A stretch of 64,000 bases of DNA, from assembly GCA_964443495.1 (NCBI GenBank), contig CAYUCS010000002.1, positions 324,021-388,020 on the forward strand, in the 5' to 3' direction. Origin of the DNA: an uncultured Gammaproteobacteria bacterium. GTDB taxonomy: Bacteria > Patescibacteriota > Patescibacteriia > Patescibacteriales > GWE2-39-37. Positions 18,703-27,469 of the stretch are shown here, in pieces (positions within the stretch are counted from its first letter, which is position 1; each line of letters starts with the position of its first letter). The notes under the pieces were generated by a model, which saw nothing but the letters and a program-made list of their open reading frames with translations, did no database searches and was not told where the DNA came from. The position numbers and the translations under genes are program-made.

Positions 18703-19824
18703 TCATTTGTTTATGAAATCCTGCCACACGGCCGACGCCAGCAACACGCTCCAGATCAACTGATAAAGACGGTAACCGAAACGGAAACGCCGCGGACGAC
18801 GGACCTCGGAAAGATCGGTGCCGTGCTGCTTGACCAGCCACCAATCGGCCTTGAACTTCCTTACCAAAAGCAGGAACAGTAACCCAAGCAGAACGAAGAA
18901 GATAAGCTGGAAAAATGCCGTCTGCGAAAGCCAGCCTAAGCGGTTGAACCAGCCTTGACCGACGAACCAGCAGCCGAATCCCAAACCGAACCCGCGCAAG
19001 GCCCTTGATCGGCTCTGCAAGAATATGCTTTCAAGTCCGGATGGATCAGACACGGTGAAACCGTTAAGATAAAGATGTCGTCCAGCGAAAAAGAATAAAG
19101 CCAACCCCAGCATGACCAGGAACTCGGAAATCAAGTCAAGCCATGGCACGACGACTCCGTCGAGCAGCCCCAGCTTCATCCTGATAACATTGGCGAAGAC
19201 CTCGCCCAGCGGCTGCCCCTGGAAATCTTCCTTATCACCGAGCGCCAAACTATAAACGCCGGTCCGGCGGGACGGCTCGTTGATTATCAGATAATACGTC
19301 ACTCCGGCAGCTACTTCCAGCTCGACCCGCTCACCGTTATAGAGCCGCTCCAAGCTATAAGGCTCGAACATGGCTTGGCGCGGCCTTGATAACTGATTAT
19401 TCAGCACGAAGCCGCTCATTCCGGCGGGCAGTTTAAGCCCTACTGGCAGCGGCCGGCCGATCCTGTCGCCGACGCCGACGCCGACGACCAGCAATTCCGG
19501 AAAAAAATTGTCCACGCCCCGCCAGGCCGGAACCAGCAGTTCCAATGGCACGACACCGGAAACCGTCGGCTGGAAACGGAAAGCATCGACTTCTCCCGAC
19601 TGCTTCAACTTTCCATAAATTGCCAAAGACTGCTGATTCGGGTCGGGTACCAGCTCGGCATTTTCCAAGCGCAGCGAAGAGATATCGGGCTGATTAGCCG
19701 ACTCTCCTTCCAGCAACGGGACATGCGCCGAAACGCCTGACGGCAAAAAAGCCGCAACGAGCAGCAGAGGAAAGATTATTTTGATCAATGCCTTGTACAT
19801 AGCAGTGCAAACGTTACTGTTCAT
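18703..19824 (-). CDS. hypothetical secreted domain plus polytopic membrane protein
   Basis: 373-aa ORF. Signal-like N-terminus (LLLVAAFLPSGVSAH), a soluble domain, then several hydrophobic helices. The start could instead be the Met at 19800. Confidence 0.55.
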   Translation of the reverse strand: MNSNVCTAMYKALIKIIFPLLLVAAFLPSGVSAHVPLLEGESANQPDISSLRLENAELVPDPNQQSLAIYGKLKQSGEVDAFRFQPTVSGVVPLELLVPAWRGVDNFFPELLVVGVGVGDRIGRPLPVGLKLPAGMSGFVLNNQLSRPRQAMFEPYSLERLYNGERVELEVAAGVTYYLIINEPSRRTGVYSLALGDKEDFQGQPLGEVFANVIRMKLGLLDGVVVPWLDLISEFLVMLGLALFFFAGRHLYLNGFTVSDPSGLESIFLQSRSRALRGFGLGFGCWFVGQGWFNRLGWLSQTAFFQLIFFVLLGLLFLLLVRKFKADWWLVKQHGTDLSEVRRPRRFRFGYRLYQLIWSVLLASAVWQDFINK

Positions 19825-19860
19825 ATTTTAACACGATTCAGCCCAACCCACCAATAACGA

Positions 19861-19887
19861 TTGACAAAAAAAGGTTTTTGTTATAAT
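19861..19887 (+). promoter_or_regulatory. promoter with extended -10
   Basis: TTGACA, 15-nt spacer, TGTTATAAT (TGn extended -10), 50 nt upstream of 19937. Confidence 0.5.
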
Positions 19888-19936
19888 GTGACCCATCGAC
19901 TATTTTCCGGTAGCACCCCATGGCTATCCAATTACT

Positions 19937-20638
19937 ATGGCCAAAATCATTTCTTGGCTGGCTGCGGCTGCCACGCTATTAGCCTTTCCGCTGACTGCGG
20001 CGACCGCCGACTGCGCCAATCAACCCAACCAGACCGTACAAATCACCTGCACCGGCTCTTGCAGCCAATACAGCGATGATTTTGCGATAAAAAACCTGGG
20101 GCTTTACCGCAGACTCAAGGGTCAGATCATCCTTAAGGTCCAGGGCAATGGTGAAGCGTATTACGTTTCACCTTCATCCCCTCGGCTGATTTACCTCGGA
20201 CAAGGCGGCCAAGCACTCGACACCCTCCTGAATCAGAGCTCGGGCATCACCGATGCCACTCTCAGGGGAGTGGTTCCAGGGATTACCCGCCCCTTCGGCG
20301 CTGATAGCGACATGGACGGATTGACTGATAACTACGAAATGGCGATCGGTACCAAGGCGCTCAACTTCAACTCTGACAATGACCGCTACAGCGACTTCCT
20401 GGAAGTAAAGAATGGCTTCGATCCGCTGGGTTACGGCGCTTGGCCAGCCAGCAGCGCTGCAACCGAAAAGCTGAAAGGGCGTATCCTGCTGCAAGTCGAA
20501 TCGCGCGGCCAGTCGTGGTATGTCAACCCAAAAGACGGCAAGCGCTACCTCTTTTCCGACAAATACGATACCGCAGAGATGATCAAGATTGTCGGAACCG
20601 GAATCACCAACTACACTTTTGACCTGATGGTCAGGTAA
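19937..20638 (+). CDS. secreted hypothetical protein with an internal duplicated module and an Asp-rich calcium-binding-like segment
   Basis: 233 aa. Signal peptide (LAAAATLLAFPLTAATA). Two related modules: LKGQIILKVQGNGEAYYVSPSSPRLIYL and LKGRILLQVESRGQSWYVNPKDGKRYLF. DSDMDGLTDNYE..NSDNDRYSD lies between them. Confidence 0.6.
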   Translation: MAKIISWLAAAATLLAFPLTAATADCANQPNQTVQITCTGSCSQYSDDFAIKNLGLYRRLKGQIILKVQGNGEAYYVSPSSPRLIYLGQGGQALDTLLNQSSGITDATLRGVVPGITRPFGADSDMDGLTDNYEMAIGTKALNFNSDNDRYSDFLEVKNGFDPLGYGAWPASSAATEKLKGRILLQVESRGQSWYVNPKDGKRYLFSDKYDTAEMIKIVGTGITNYTFDLMVR

Positions 20639-20642
20639 CAAT

Positions 20643-20675
20643 AAAAAAACTCCGCCTTCCGGCGGAGTTTTTTTA
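20643..20675. terminator. bidirectional terminator
   Basis: aaaaaaactccgcc ttcc ggcggagttttttt between convergent genes. Confidence 0.8.
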
Positions 20676-20687
20676 TTGCCAAGAAAA

Positions 20688-20987
20688 TCATCTTCGTATC
20701 GTCACGATCAATGCGCCGCTGCCGCCCTCGTTCTGCTTAGCCTCGACGAAGCGGTGGCCAGCCTTTTCAAGCATATTCTCTGCCAATTCCTTGATTACGC
20801 CGACGCCGTCAGGCGAATGCAACCCTTTGCCGGTCACGATGCGCACGCGCCGATAGCCGCAATCCTCCGCTTCGTCAAGGAATTCATGCAACAGGTCTTT
20901 GGCTTCGGCCTGGGTATAGCCGTGCAAATCCAGCTCCGCGTCGATCGCTTGCTCGTATTTATTCTGTTTTAGCCGTCGCATTTTCAT
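20688..20987 (-). CDS. Smr (small MutS-related) domain protein
   Basis: ELDLHGYTQAEA and VRIVTGKGLHS motifs. I place the start at ATG 20987 (MKMRRLK). The tracked ORF extends to a TTG at 21023. Confidence 0.7.
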   Translation of the reverse strand: MKMRRLKQNKYEQAIDAELDLHGYTQAEAKDLLHEFLDEAEDCGYRRVRIVTGKGLHSPDGVGVIKELAENMLEKAGHRFVEAKQNEGGSGALIVTIRR

Positions 20988-21028
20988 AATCCAATGATAG
21001 CAGTTAACCTCAGCTCCGTGCAAGAAAG

Positions 21029-21057
21029 CAAAAACCCGCCGGTTAAGGCGGGATTTT
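21029..21057 (-). terminator. rho-independent terminator of hup
   Basis: cccgcc / ggcggg stem. On the minus strand it is followed by tttttgctttctt. Confidence 0.65.
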
Positions 21058-21080
21058 GCGAAGTATGATTCTAAGATCGA

Positions 21081-21362
21081 CTAAAGTACAGCGTCCTTAG
21101 CAGCCTTAGCCAAGCGGAACTTGACGACGGTCTTGGCAGCGATTTTGATCTTGGCGCCGGTTGCCGGGTTGACGCCCATGCGTGCCTTGCGCTTAGCTTT
21201 CACCATCTTGCCGAAGCCTGGAACGACGAATTCGCCAGCCTTCTTGACCTCTTTGTAGGCCATTTCAGATAAAGCGGCGAAAAAGCCGTCTACCTGCTTC
21301 TTGGTCAAACCGGTCTTGTCTGCCAATGAGGCGACGAGTGCCGATTTAGTCATCTTTGCCAT
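21081..21362 (-). CDS. hup: HU family DNA-binding protein
   Basis: 93 aa. Typical HU sequence (MTKSALVASLADKTGLTKKQV...GFGKMVKAKRKARMGVNPATGAKIKIAAKTVVKFR). Confidence 0.9.
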   Translation of the reverse strand: MAKMTKSALVASLADKTGLTKKQVDGFFAALSEMAYKEVKKAGEFVVPGFGKMVKAKRKARMGVNPATGAKIKIAAKTVVKFRLAKAAKDAVL

Positions 21363-21550
21363 AGGGTTTCAAAGATTAAGTTAATTATCCCCTTTATTAT
21401 AGCGCATTTTAAAAATGCCTGGAAGAGATTGCCAACGATTCCGCCTTATTACGCAATCGGATCCCCTGAATTGCCGATAAAAGCTGCCCCTGAAAGGATG
21501 CTCTGCGGATTTTTCAAATAACGCCAAGACTAGCCGGCATCCACTCACTC

Positions 21551-21578
21551 TTGACAAATATAAAAAAATCAGTATAAT
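21551..21578 (+). promoter_or_regulatory. consensus sigma-70 promoter
   Basis: TTGACA, 16-nt spacer, TATAAT, about 40 nt upstream of the start at 21620. Confidence 0.6.
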
Positions 21579-21619
21579 ATATAACCATTGCACCTTATTC
21601 AAACCAGGAGGAAAGAAAG

Positions 21620-22009
21620 TTGAGAAAATTCCCTGTAAAAACCAGCAACAAGGAAGTCGCCACCACTATCGTCCTTGAGCATCTTCGGTCAGCCGAGCTC
21701 CCGATCCTGACAATGGATCAAGCATTCGCGCTCGTGACTGAGAGCACAAAAAGCCTGCATCGGCACTGTATCCGGAACGACGAAATCGCCATCGAGCCGC
21801 GGAAATACCGCAAGGACTTCTTTCCGAACAACTTCCTCGGCCACAAGCAGATCGCCGTCATCCTGACGCATGACGGAAGTTACATGTTTTACCTCAAAGA
21901 GGCGGCAAAACATCCGACCAACCGGAAAGTGATCAGCCTTTTCGAGAGGCAGCTGCAAACAAGGACACTTCCCGAATTCCTGCCCCGGCAAGCCGCCATC
22001 GGCCGATAA
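21620..22009 (+). CDS. hypothetical protein (TTG start)
   Basis: 129-aa ORF with SD caggagg 8 nt upstream of the TTG, and a consensus promoter upstream. Confidence 0.5.
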   Translation: MRKFPVKTSNKEVATTIVLEHLRSAELPILTMDQAFALVTESTKSLHRHCIRNDEIAIEPRKYRKDFFPNNFLGHKQIAVILTHDGSYMFYLKEAAKHPTNRKVISLFERQLQTRTLPEFLPRQAAIGR

Positions 22010-22065
22010 GGCACCTCCTCCAAACAACGAAAAGCGGAGCCACGCAAGTGAGCTCCGCTATTTTC

Positions 22066-22485
22066 TTAGGCGAATTTTTTCCAATCAACCTTACCCTTAA
22101 GGAAATCATCGATCGAGTAGCCGCAAACATATTGGAAGTGCGGGCGATCCTTGAATCCTTTCCAGTTGCCGCCCCATTCCAGTCCGAGAGAAGCGCCCAC
22201 GGCACCGATGCGATCAAAAGCTTTCAGATCTTTCCAGTCGGCCTTGCCGTTCTTGACCGGACAGAAATCGAAAGCTACGCCATAGTTATGATACGAACGT
22301 CCGCCGCGTGCCTGGGTGACCACCTTGCCTGGAGCGGTCCGTCCGCAGGCATACAGGCGGTCCTGCTCTTCGATCGTCCGTAATGTCTGGGTAATGGCGG
22401 CCGCCAAACCTTGGCGCCGGCACTCGGCTAGCAACTGCAGCGCCAGCCGCCTGACTTTCGGCTTGAGTAAATCCAGCTTGTTCAT
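22066..22485 (-). CDS. M15-family (VanY / L-Ala-D-Glu endopeptidase-like) cell-wall zinc peptidase
   Basis: 139 aa. SYHNYGVAFD (SxHxxGxAxD) and GGNWKGFKDRPHFQ motifs. Confidence 0.7.
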   Translation of the reverse strand: MNKLDLLKPKVRRLALQLLAECRRQGLAAAITQTLRTIEEQDRLYACGRTAPGKVVTQARGGRSYHNYGVAFDFCPVKNGKADWKDLKAFDRIGAVGASLGLEWGGNWKGFKDRPHFQYVCGYSIDDFLKGKVDWKKFA

Positions 22486-22536
22486 AAATCAGGTCATCAA
22501 AAAACAGCCAGGCTGAATGCCCGGCTGTTCTTATGA

Positions 22537-23904
22537 TTATTGCTTTTTCAATTCGACTGCTGCCGCCGGCTCAGCTGCGCCGCCCTTCATCATCAAGGGT
22601 GTCGGCACGCCCGCACCGGATAGGCCGTTAAGCCTTTCGTCCAAAACTTCCTTGACCAAAGGCACGATAACGGCAGTCCGATAGAAATTCGGATCATCTT
22701 TCGGGATATTCTTGATCGGGAAGATCAAGGCCGGGACCAGCAACTCCTCATTAAGCGCCCTCAAGGAAGAAATGCTGGCATAATTGTAATATTTGATGAG
22801 CCCGCGGACCGGCTCGCCCAATTCAAGAGTCACAGTCTTGGCGCCTTCGGCGCGATAGCTGTTGATGCCGCCGGTTTCCAGGTAAGACATAACCTTCTTG
22901 GCATCGGTCTCTACCTCATAAGGCGAGCTTTCATAAGTCTGGGTGGTCAGGCCGTATGCTGCCGCGACTCGCTTAGTCTTGATGTGCACCGAAATCGTCA
23001 AGCCTTGCTTTTGCGCGCTGTATTCGTCATAAACGCCCTGGCTGTCTATCGCCAACGGGTAAACTACCTCGACCGTTTCCGGCAGGTAATAATTCGCCTT
23101 GTCGGTCGCCAGGTCATAGCTTGTCCGCCAGTAAGCATTCACTTCTGGAGTGCCGAAAGCGGAAACGTTGATGCCATGCTCCTTTACGAAGGCGTCGGCA
23201 ATGGCAATGGCGTCAGCGTCGGCCGGAATCTCTTCATATTTCACCCGTTGCGCCTCATAGCAGGCCTGGTCGGCGCCGCACTTGCCGGCTGGCCACGTTT
23301 CCCAGTTCTGACCGACGGAAACCGATCCGTCATCGAAGGAAACGTTCAAGTTGTAACCGAACTCGCCGCGCTGGATGAAGCTCGCGCTCTGCATTACCAT
23401 CCCGTTGAACGAAGACAGGTCAGCCGGACCGAAATTCAGGCTGGCCAGCAGGCTGCCAGCATCGACATTGGTGCCGATCGTCTTTACACGGCGCAAGACA
23501 TCGACGCTCGAAGAAGGCAAGGATAATTCCCCTTTGTACTCGAACTTGTAATTCTTGAACTCTGCCGGCGGCATGATGCTGGAAATCATTTTAGCATCGG
23601 CCGTGCCTCCGCCCCCCATACCGAAAGCGACGCCACGGCTAGGCGCAACCGAAGACAAAGCAGACTCCGGAGAAGTTACCGGCTTGCCAGCGGCGGCGAC
23701 TGCCTGTCCGAGCCTGCCGTAATGCTGACCCGCCACCTTGTTGACGCTCAAAGAAAATGCCGGAGCGACCTTGGTAATCGCCGGTTTCCTGAGCTTAGGC
23801 TGCCAGCTGCGCCAAGGACTGGCATACCACAGAGAGGCTGGAAGAATGGCGGCGATCAAGATGACGAAGAACATCAAGACGACGCCTGATCCGATTTTTT
23901 TCAT
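22537..23904 (-). CDS. hypothetical membrane-anchored extracytoplasmic protein
   Basis: 455-aa ORF. N-terminal TM (VVLMFFVILIAAILPASLWYASPWRSW). No recognised domain. Confidence 0.6.
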   Translation of the reverse strand: MKKIGSGVVLMFFVILIAAILPASLWYASPWRSWQPKLRKPAITKVAPAFSLSVNKVAGQHYGRLGQAVAAAGKPVTSPESALSSVAPSRGVAFGMGGGGTADAKMISSIMPPAEFKNYKFEYKGELSLPSSSVDVLRRVKTIGTNVDAGSLLASLNFGPADLSSFNGMVMQSASFIQRGEFGYNLNVSFDDGSVSVGQNWETWPAGKCGADQACYEAQRVKYEEIPADADAIAIADAFVKEHGINVSAFGTPEVNAYWRTSYDLATDKANYYLPETVEVVYPLAIDSQGVYDEYSAQKQGLTISVHIKTKRVAAAYGLTTQTYESSPYEVETDAKKVMSYLETGGINSYRAEGAKTVTLELGEPVRGLIKYYNYASISSLRALNEELLVPALIFPIKNIPKDDPNFYRTAVIVPLVKEVLDERLNGLSGAGVPTPLMMKGGAAEPAAAVELKKQ

Positions 23905-24010
23905 ATGTTTTAGTTATGTTCAAATCTTTTTATATTATAGCAGAAAATCGATTAAAAAATAATTAAACCGCTTTTGCGAGCGGTTTGATTATCATGTCTG
24001 CTGATCGTGA

Positions 24011-24202
24011 TTATTTTGCGGACGGCGGCACGACTGCGGGAACTTGCTGGCCGGAAGCTGGCTGCTGCACCCTTACCTTCTTTGCGCGATCTTTACCGCT
24101 CCACGACCTCCAAGGAGTCGCATACCACAACGAAACCGAAAGAATGACGGCAACTGCGGTGACGATGACCATCACGTAAGCGCCCAGGCTGGTTTTTTTC
24201 AT
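24011..24202 (-). CDS. small membrane-anchored protein, paralogous to the N-terminus of 22537..23904
   Basis: 63 aa from the internal ATG at 24202. MKKTSLGAYVMVIVTAVAVILSVSLWYATPWRSW aligns with MKKIGSGVVLMFFVILIAAILPASLWYASPWRSW of the neighbouring gene. Confidence 0.4.
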   Translation of the reverse strand: MKKTSLGAYVMVIVTAVAVILSVSLWYATPWRSWSGKDRAKKVRVQQPASGQQVPAVVPPSAK

Positions 24203-24268
24203 AATAGCGAAGTTATTTTCTTCACTACTAATTATACCAGAAAAGACCGGCACCCACCAATGCGTCAT

Positions 24269-24589
24269 TTACATGCTCATGGGCATCGCTTCCCTGACCT
24301 CAGTTGACCCGCCAAGAGCGATGTGCGGCGCAGACTTAGCTATTTCTATCGCCTCTTCGGCCGAGCCGACATTGATAATCAGATAGCCTGACACGTCATG
24401 GCTTCCTTCATGGAATTTGCGCGCTCCCGCCTCGCTGACCGACACTGCCTCGTCCGTGAGCGGCAAGCCGGAATCAACTACGCCTGCCTTGAACAGATTA
24501 GCCATCCACGCGTTCCATTCTTTCATGTTTTCATCTCTTTTTTCGGGAGAGGGCCTGCCTCCGCGGAAAAAAAGGATAAATTTTTTCAT
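24269..24589 (-). CDS. YCII-related (YciI/DGPF-like) small protein
   Basis: 106 aa. The size and pattern (MKKFILFFRGG...GYLIINVGSAEEAIEIAK..P) resemble YCII-domain proteins. Weak by-eye call. Confidence 0.45.
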   Translation of the reverse strand: MKKFILFFRGGRPSPEKRDENMKEWNAWMANLFKAGVVDSGLPLTDEAVSVSEAGARKFHEGSHDVSGYLIINVGSAEEAIEIAKSAPHIALGGSTEVREAMPMSM

Positions 24590-24681
24590 ACTGAAACTTG
24601 ATTCAAATCCTTATAATATTAGTTTGCCCACGGTTTCATTAAGCGGGCATTAAGCGAATCCTTCGCAATAATCTTCAATTA

Positions 24682-24703
24682 CAAAAGCGCCTTGTGGGGC
24701 GCT
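24682..24703 (-). terminator. terminator hairpin after the protease-like gene
   Basis: agcgcc / ggcgct stem. On the minus strand it is followed by ttttgtaattg. Confidence 0.45.
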
Positions 24704-24725
24704 AATGATGCTGTTGGCAGACCGA

Positions 24726-25298
24726 TCAAGACACAAGACGATATTTGATGCCCGCATCCGGGCTGAAGACGACCTCATGAGTACTGAAAAACGTGCTCCA
24801 GCCAAGCAAGGCACGTGCGTCCTTGTTCTTGATGAAATCGACCACGCCGACCGCCCCCTCGTCAGCATCGCCGACCGTCACGTGCACTTTGGCAGGGAAA
24901 GACTCGACCTGGAACATATCAGGACCGGCGAAGGCCTTGGCTTTCTTGAGCTTGCCGATATCGATGCCAAGCGCTTCGGCCACTTCATAAGGAAAACAGG
25001 AAACATCGGCTCCGCTATCCGGAGTCGCCAGGACGGTTATCGAAGCCTTTTTAGTCGATAAGGTGACCGGCACGTACATAAGGGCCGCTGTCGGTTCGAC
25101 CAAGAAGAAAACCGGCTCGGCCATTGTCTTTGCAACTGGCAACAGATCTTTGAGAAATTTGGCATAACGTGGCTTCATGACTTTTGCCTGATTTTCAGCC
25201 GCTCGATCAAACAACATCCAATCAAGAAAGTGTTTCCGGATTAGCCTAGTGTCCTTGAAATAATAAAAGTCACGGGAAAAAGGTCTGTTTTTTGCCAT
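24726..25298 (-). CDS. retropepsin-like (clan AA) aspartic protease domain protein
   Basis: 190 aa. ATPDSGADVS fits the D-[ST]-G-A catalytic loop of retroviral-type aspartic proteases. The rest is unrecognised. Confidence 0.45.
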   Translation of the reverse strand: MAKNRPFSRDFYYFKDTRLIRKHFLDWMLFDRAAENQAKVMKPRYAKFLKDLLPVAKTMAEPVFFLVEPTAALMYVPVTLSTKKASITVLATPDSGADVSCFPYEVAEALGIDIGKLKKAKAFAGPDMFQVESFPAKVHVTVGDADEGAVGVVDFIKNKDARALLGWSTFFSTHEVVFSPDAGIKYRLVS

Positions 25299-25529
25299 AT
25301 TGATAATTTATATATTAATTCATTATATTCGCAAACGGCTCCGGAGTAAAATACAATATGATTGTAATATATATTCTACATTTATATCTTTACATTTTTT
25401 TAATTAAATTAGCCAACAATTCAATATTTATTGCTGAATTTATATTTTTATGTAATAATTATTCTACATAATAACTCAAGCAATTGTCCATAAACCAGGC
25501 CGAGTCGCACACTGACTGTCGTCCAACAG

Positions 25530-25582
25530 ATAAAAGTGTAGAATATCTATTACAAAATGTAATAGATATTCTACACTTTTAT
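25530..25582. promoter_or_regulatory. 53-bp perfect palindrome (25-bp arms, 3-nt centre) in an AT-rich divergent control region
   Basis: ataaaagtgtagaatatctattaca aaa tgtaatagatattctacacttttat. The arms contain the TTCTACA motif, which recurs at 25374, 25462 and 25667. Confidence 0.8.
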
Positions 25583-25684
25583 GTTATAATATACGTTAAT
25601 TTTATCTTTATAATAAGCCCTGTTTACAATTTTGTTATAAATTTATATAATATATTGTAGTAGATTTTCTACATAAATAGAGCG

Positions 25685-26395
25685 ATGCTCAATCCACGAC
25701 AGTTGGAACAATTCGGGTTGAATGAAAAAGAGGCCAGAGTTTATCTTGCGGCCCTGCAGCTTGGCGCGTCTAGCGTCCAGAATATCGCCCAAGCAGCCAA
25801 TATCCACCGCGTAAGCACCTATGACATCTTGGAAAGCCTCAAAGACAAAGGCTACGTCCAGGAATCGACCGAGGGCGCGAGGCGGGTAATCATCCCTGCC
25901 GACCCGGAAAACATGATGGAGTCCATCCGCCGAAAAGAGCGGATTTTTGCCGACCTCATGCCAGAACTCAAAGCCCTTCAAGGTAAGAAGACTGGCAAGC
26001 CGCGCGTACGCTATTTCGAGGGGCGCGAACAAGTCTGGCAAGCTTTTCTTGATTTCCTCGGCTCTGAAACAGCGACGCTGCGCATTTACGGATCGGCCGA
26101 ACAGGGATTAGCCTCCTTTCCGACCGAACTCAGCTCTAAGGCACTGAAGAAGCTCTCTGGCTTGCCCGCTCAAATCATCACTGAAACAGGAACTGCCGGC
26201 GCTTTATCAGGCAAAGGCGATATCAGGATGAAATTCGTCGCTCCTGGCAGAAAATTCAAGAGCAACGCCATCATCGGCTCCCACCGTGTCATTTCCATCG
26301 ATTGGGAAGAAATGGTCGCTCTGGTCATTGATGATAGCAATAACGCCGAAAATCAAAGATTTATTTTTGATATGCTATGGGATAATTTGCCATAG
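25685..26395 (+). CDS. TrmB-family HTH transcriptional regulator
   Basis: 236 aa. N-terminal winged HTH typical of TrmB (LEQFGLNEKEARVYLAALQLGASSVQNIAQAANIHRVSTYDILESLKDKGYV). Confidence 0.7.
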   Translation: MLNPRQLEQFGLNEKEARVYLAALQLGASSVQNIAQAANIHRVSTYDILESLKDKGYVQESTEGARRVIIPADPENMMESIRRKERIFADLMPELKALQGKKTGKPRVRYFEGREQVWQAFLDFLGSETATLRIYGSAEQGLASFPTELSSKALKKLSGLPAQIITETGTAGALSGKGDIRMKFVAPGRKFKSNAIIGSHRVISIDWEEMVALVIDDSNNAENQRFIFDMLWDNLP

Positions 26396-26421
26396 TTTTT
26401 TAATATATTGATAATAAGCCC

Positions 26422-27450
26422 ATGCAAAAGCTTAAAAAGATGCTGGTCATCTTCACTGTCATTTCCCTGGCTGTCGCCAACGGACGTGTCATGGTGGTGA
26501 ATGCCAGCCCGCTGACATCGGTCAGCGATACGCTTTCTGATTCTGCGGTCGGCGTTGCCGCCAACCACACAATCACCCTGACGAACGACGTCGCCCTAGC
26601 CTCGGGCGACTACTTCAGCGTCGTCTTGCCGGCAGGTTTCGGCGGAATCCTGCAATCGAACATTTCGTGTCCAGGCAGCACGGATGCGAGCTCGCCCGCT
26701 TCATCGACCGCCCTTTGCGTCGCGAACGCGCCGATCGCAACTGGCACGTTTTCCATCATCATTACCGGCGTCACGAATCCGGTAACCGCCGGCAGCCAGA
26801 CGATCGAAGTGGCAACCAAAGACTCGGGCGATGCAATCATCGAATCTAGCCAAGCCATGGTGGCTGTCATAGACAACGTCGTCGCGCAAGCCGATGTTCC
26901 GGCCACCCTCACGTTCGAGGTGCGTCCGTTGGCAACCACTACGGCAGTAAACGGCGCGACGACAACGGTCGCCACCGCCACGACTTCGATTCCCTACGGC
27001 GAACTTGCGATCAATGTGCCGAAGATTGCCGCTCAGGAGCTCCGCGTCACGACCAACGCCGAAGAGGGATTTTCCGTAACTATCCAGCAGAACCAGAACC
27101 TTACCTCCGGCGGCGGTTCCGATATCGACTCCTTCGTCGATGGCACTTCATCGGCGCCACAGGCATGGTCAGCTCCGACATCGATACTTGACGCCGAGTG
27201 GACCTATGGTCACTTCGGCTTCACCACGGATGACGCCTCCTTGTTCGGCGGCGATCTTTTCGGCGACAGCCTCTGGAAGGGCTTGTCTTCAACCACGCCA
27301 GCCGAGGTTATGTACCACAACGGCCCGGCCGACGGCTTAGCTGATGGCAAGGGCGTCGCCAAAATCGGCTACCAGGTAGAAGTCAGCGGACTGCAGCAAA
27401 CCGGCGACTACTCGAACAACATCACCTACGTCGTCACCCCGATTTATTGA
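26422..27450 (+). CDS. secreted Thr/Ala/Val-rich hypothetical surface protein
   Basis: 342-aa ORF. Signal peptide (MLVIFTVISLAVANG). No recognised domain. Followed by a strong terminator. Confidence 0.6.
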   Translation: MQKLKKMLVIFTVISLAVANGRVMVVNASPLTSVSDTLSDSAVGVAANHTITLTNDVALASGDYFSVVLPAGFGGILQSNISCPGSTDASSPASSTALCVANAPIATGTFSIIITGVTNPVTAGSQTIEVATKDSGDAIIESSQAMVAVIDNVVAQADVPATLTFEVRPLATTTAVNGATTTVATATTSIPYGELAINVPKIAAQELRVTTNAEEGFSVTIQQNQNLTSGGGSDIDSFVDGTSSAPQAWSAPTSILDAEWTYGHFGFTTDDASLFGGDLFGDSLWKGLSSTTPAEVMYHNGPADGLADGKGVAKIGYQVEVSGLQQTGDYSNNITYVVTPIY

Positions 27451-27469
27451 TACCGAGATAAACAAAAAA

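Noticed and set aside
21381-21602. 73-aa minus-strand ORF in the hup / 21620 intergenic region.
   Set aside because: It spans a consensus plus-strand promoter, has no SD, and has an implausible composition.
25299-25684. AT-rich region considered as a replication origin.
   Set aside because: No good DnaA boxes are present: TTCTACA motifs match TTATCCACA poorly. No dnaA/dnaN or other origin-linked genes are adjacent.
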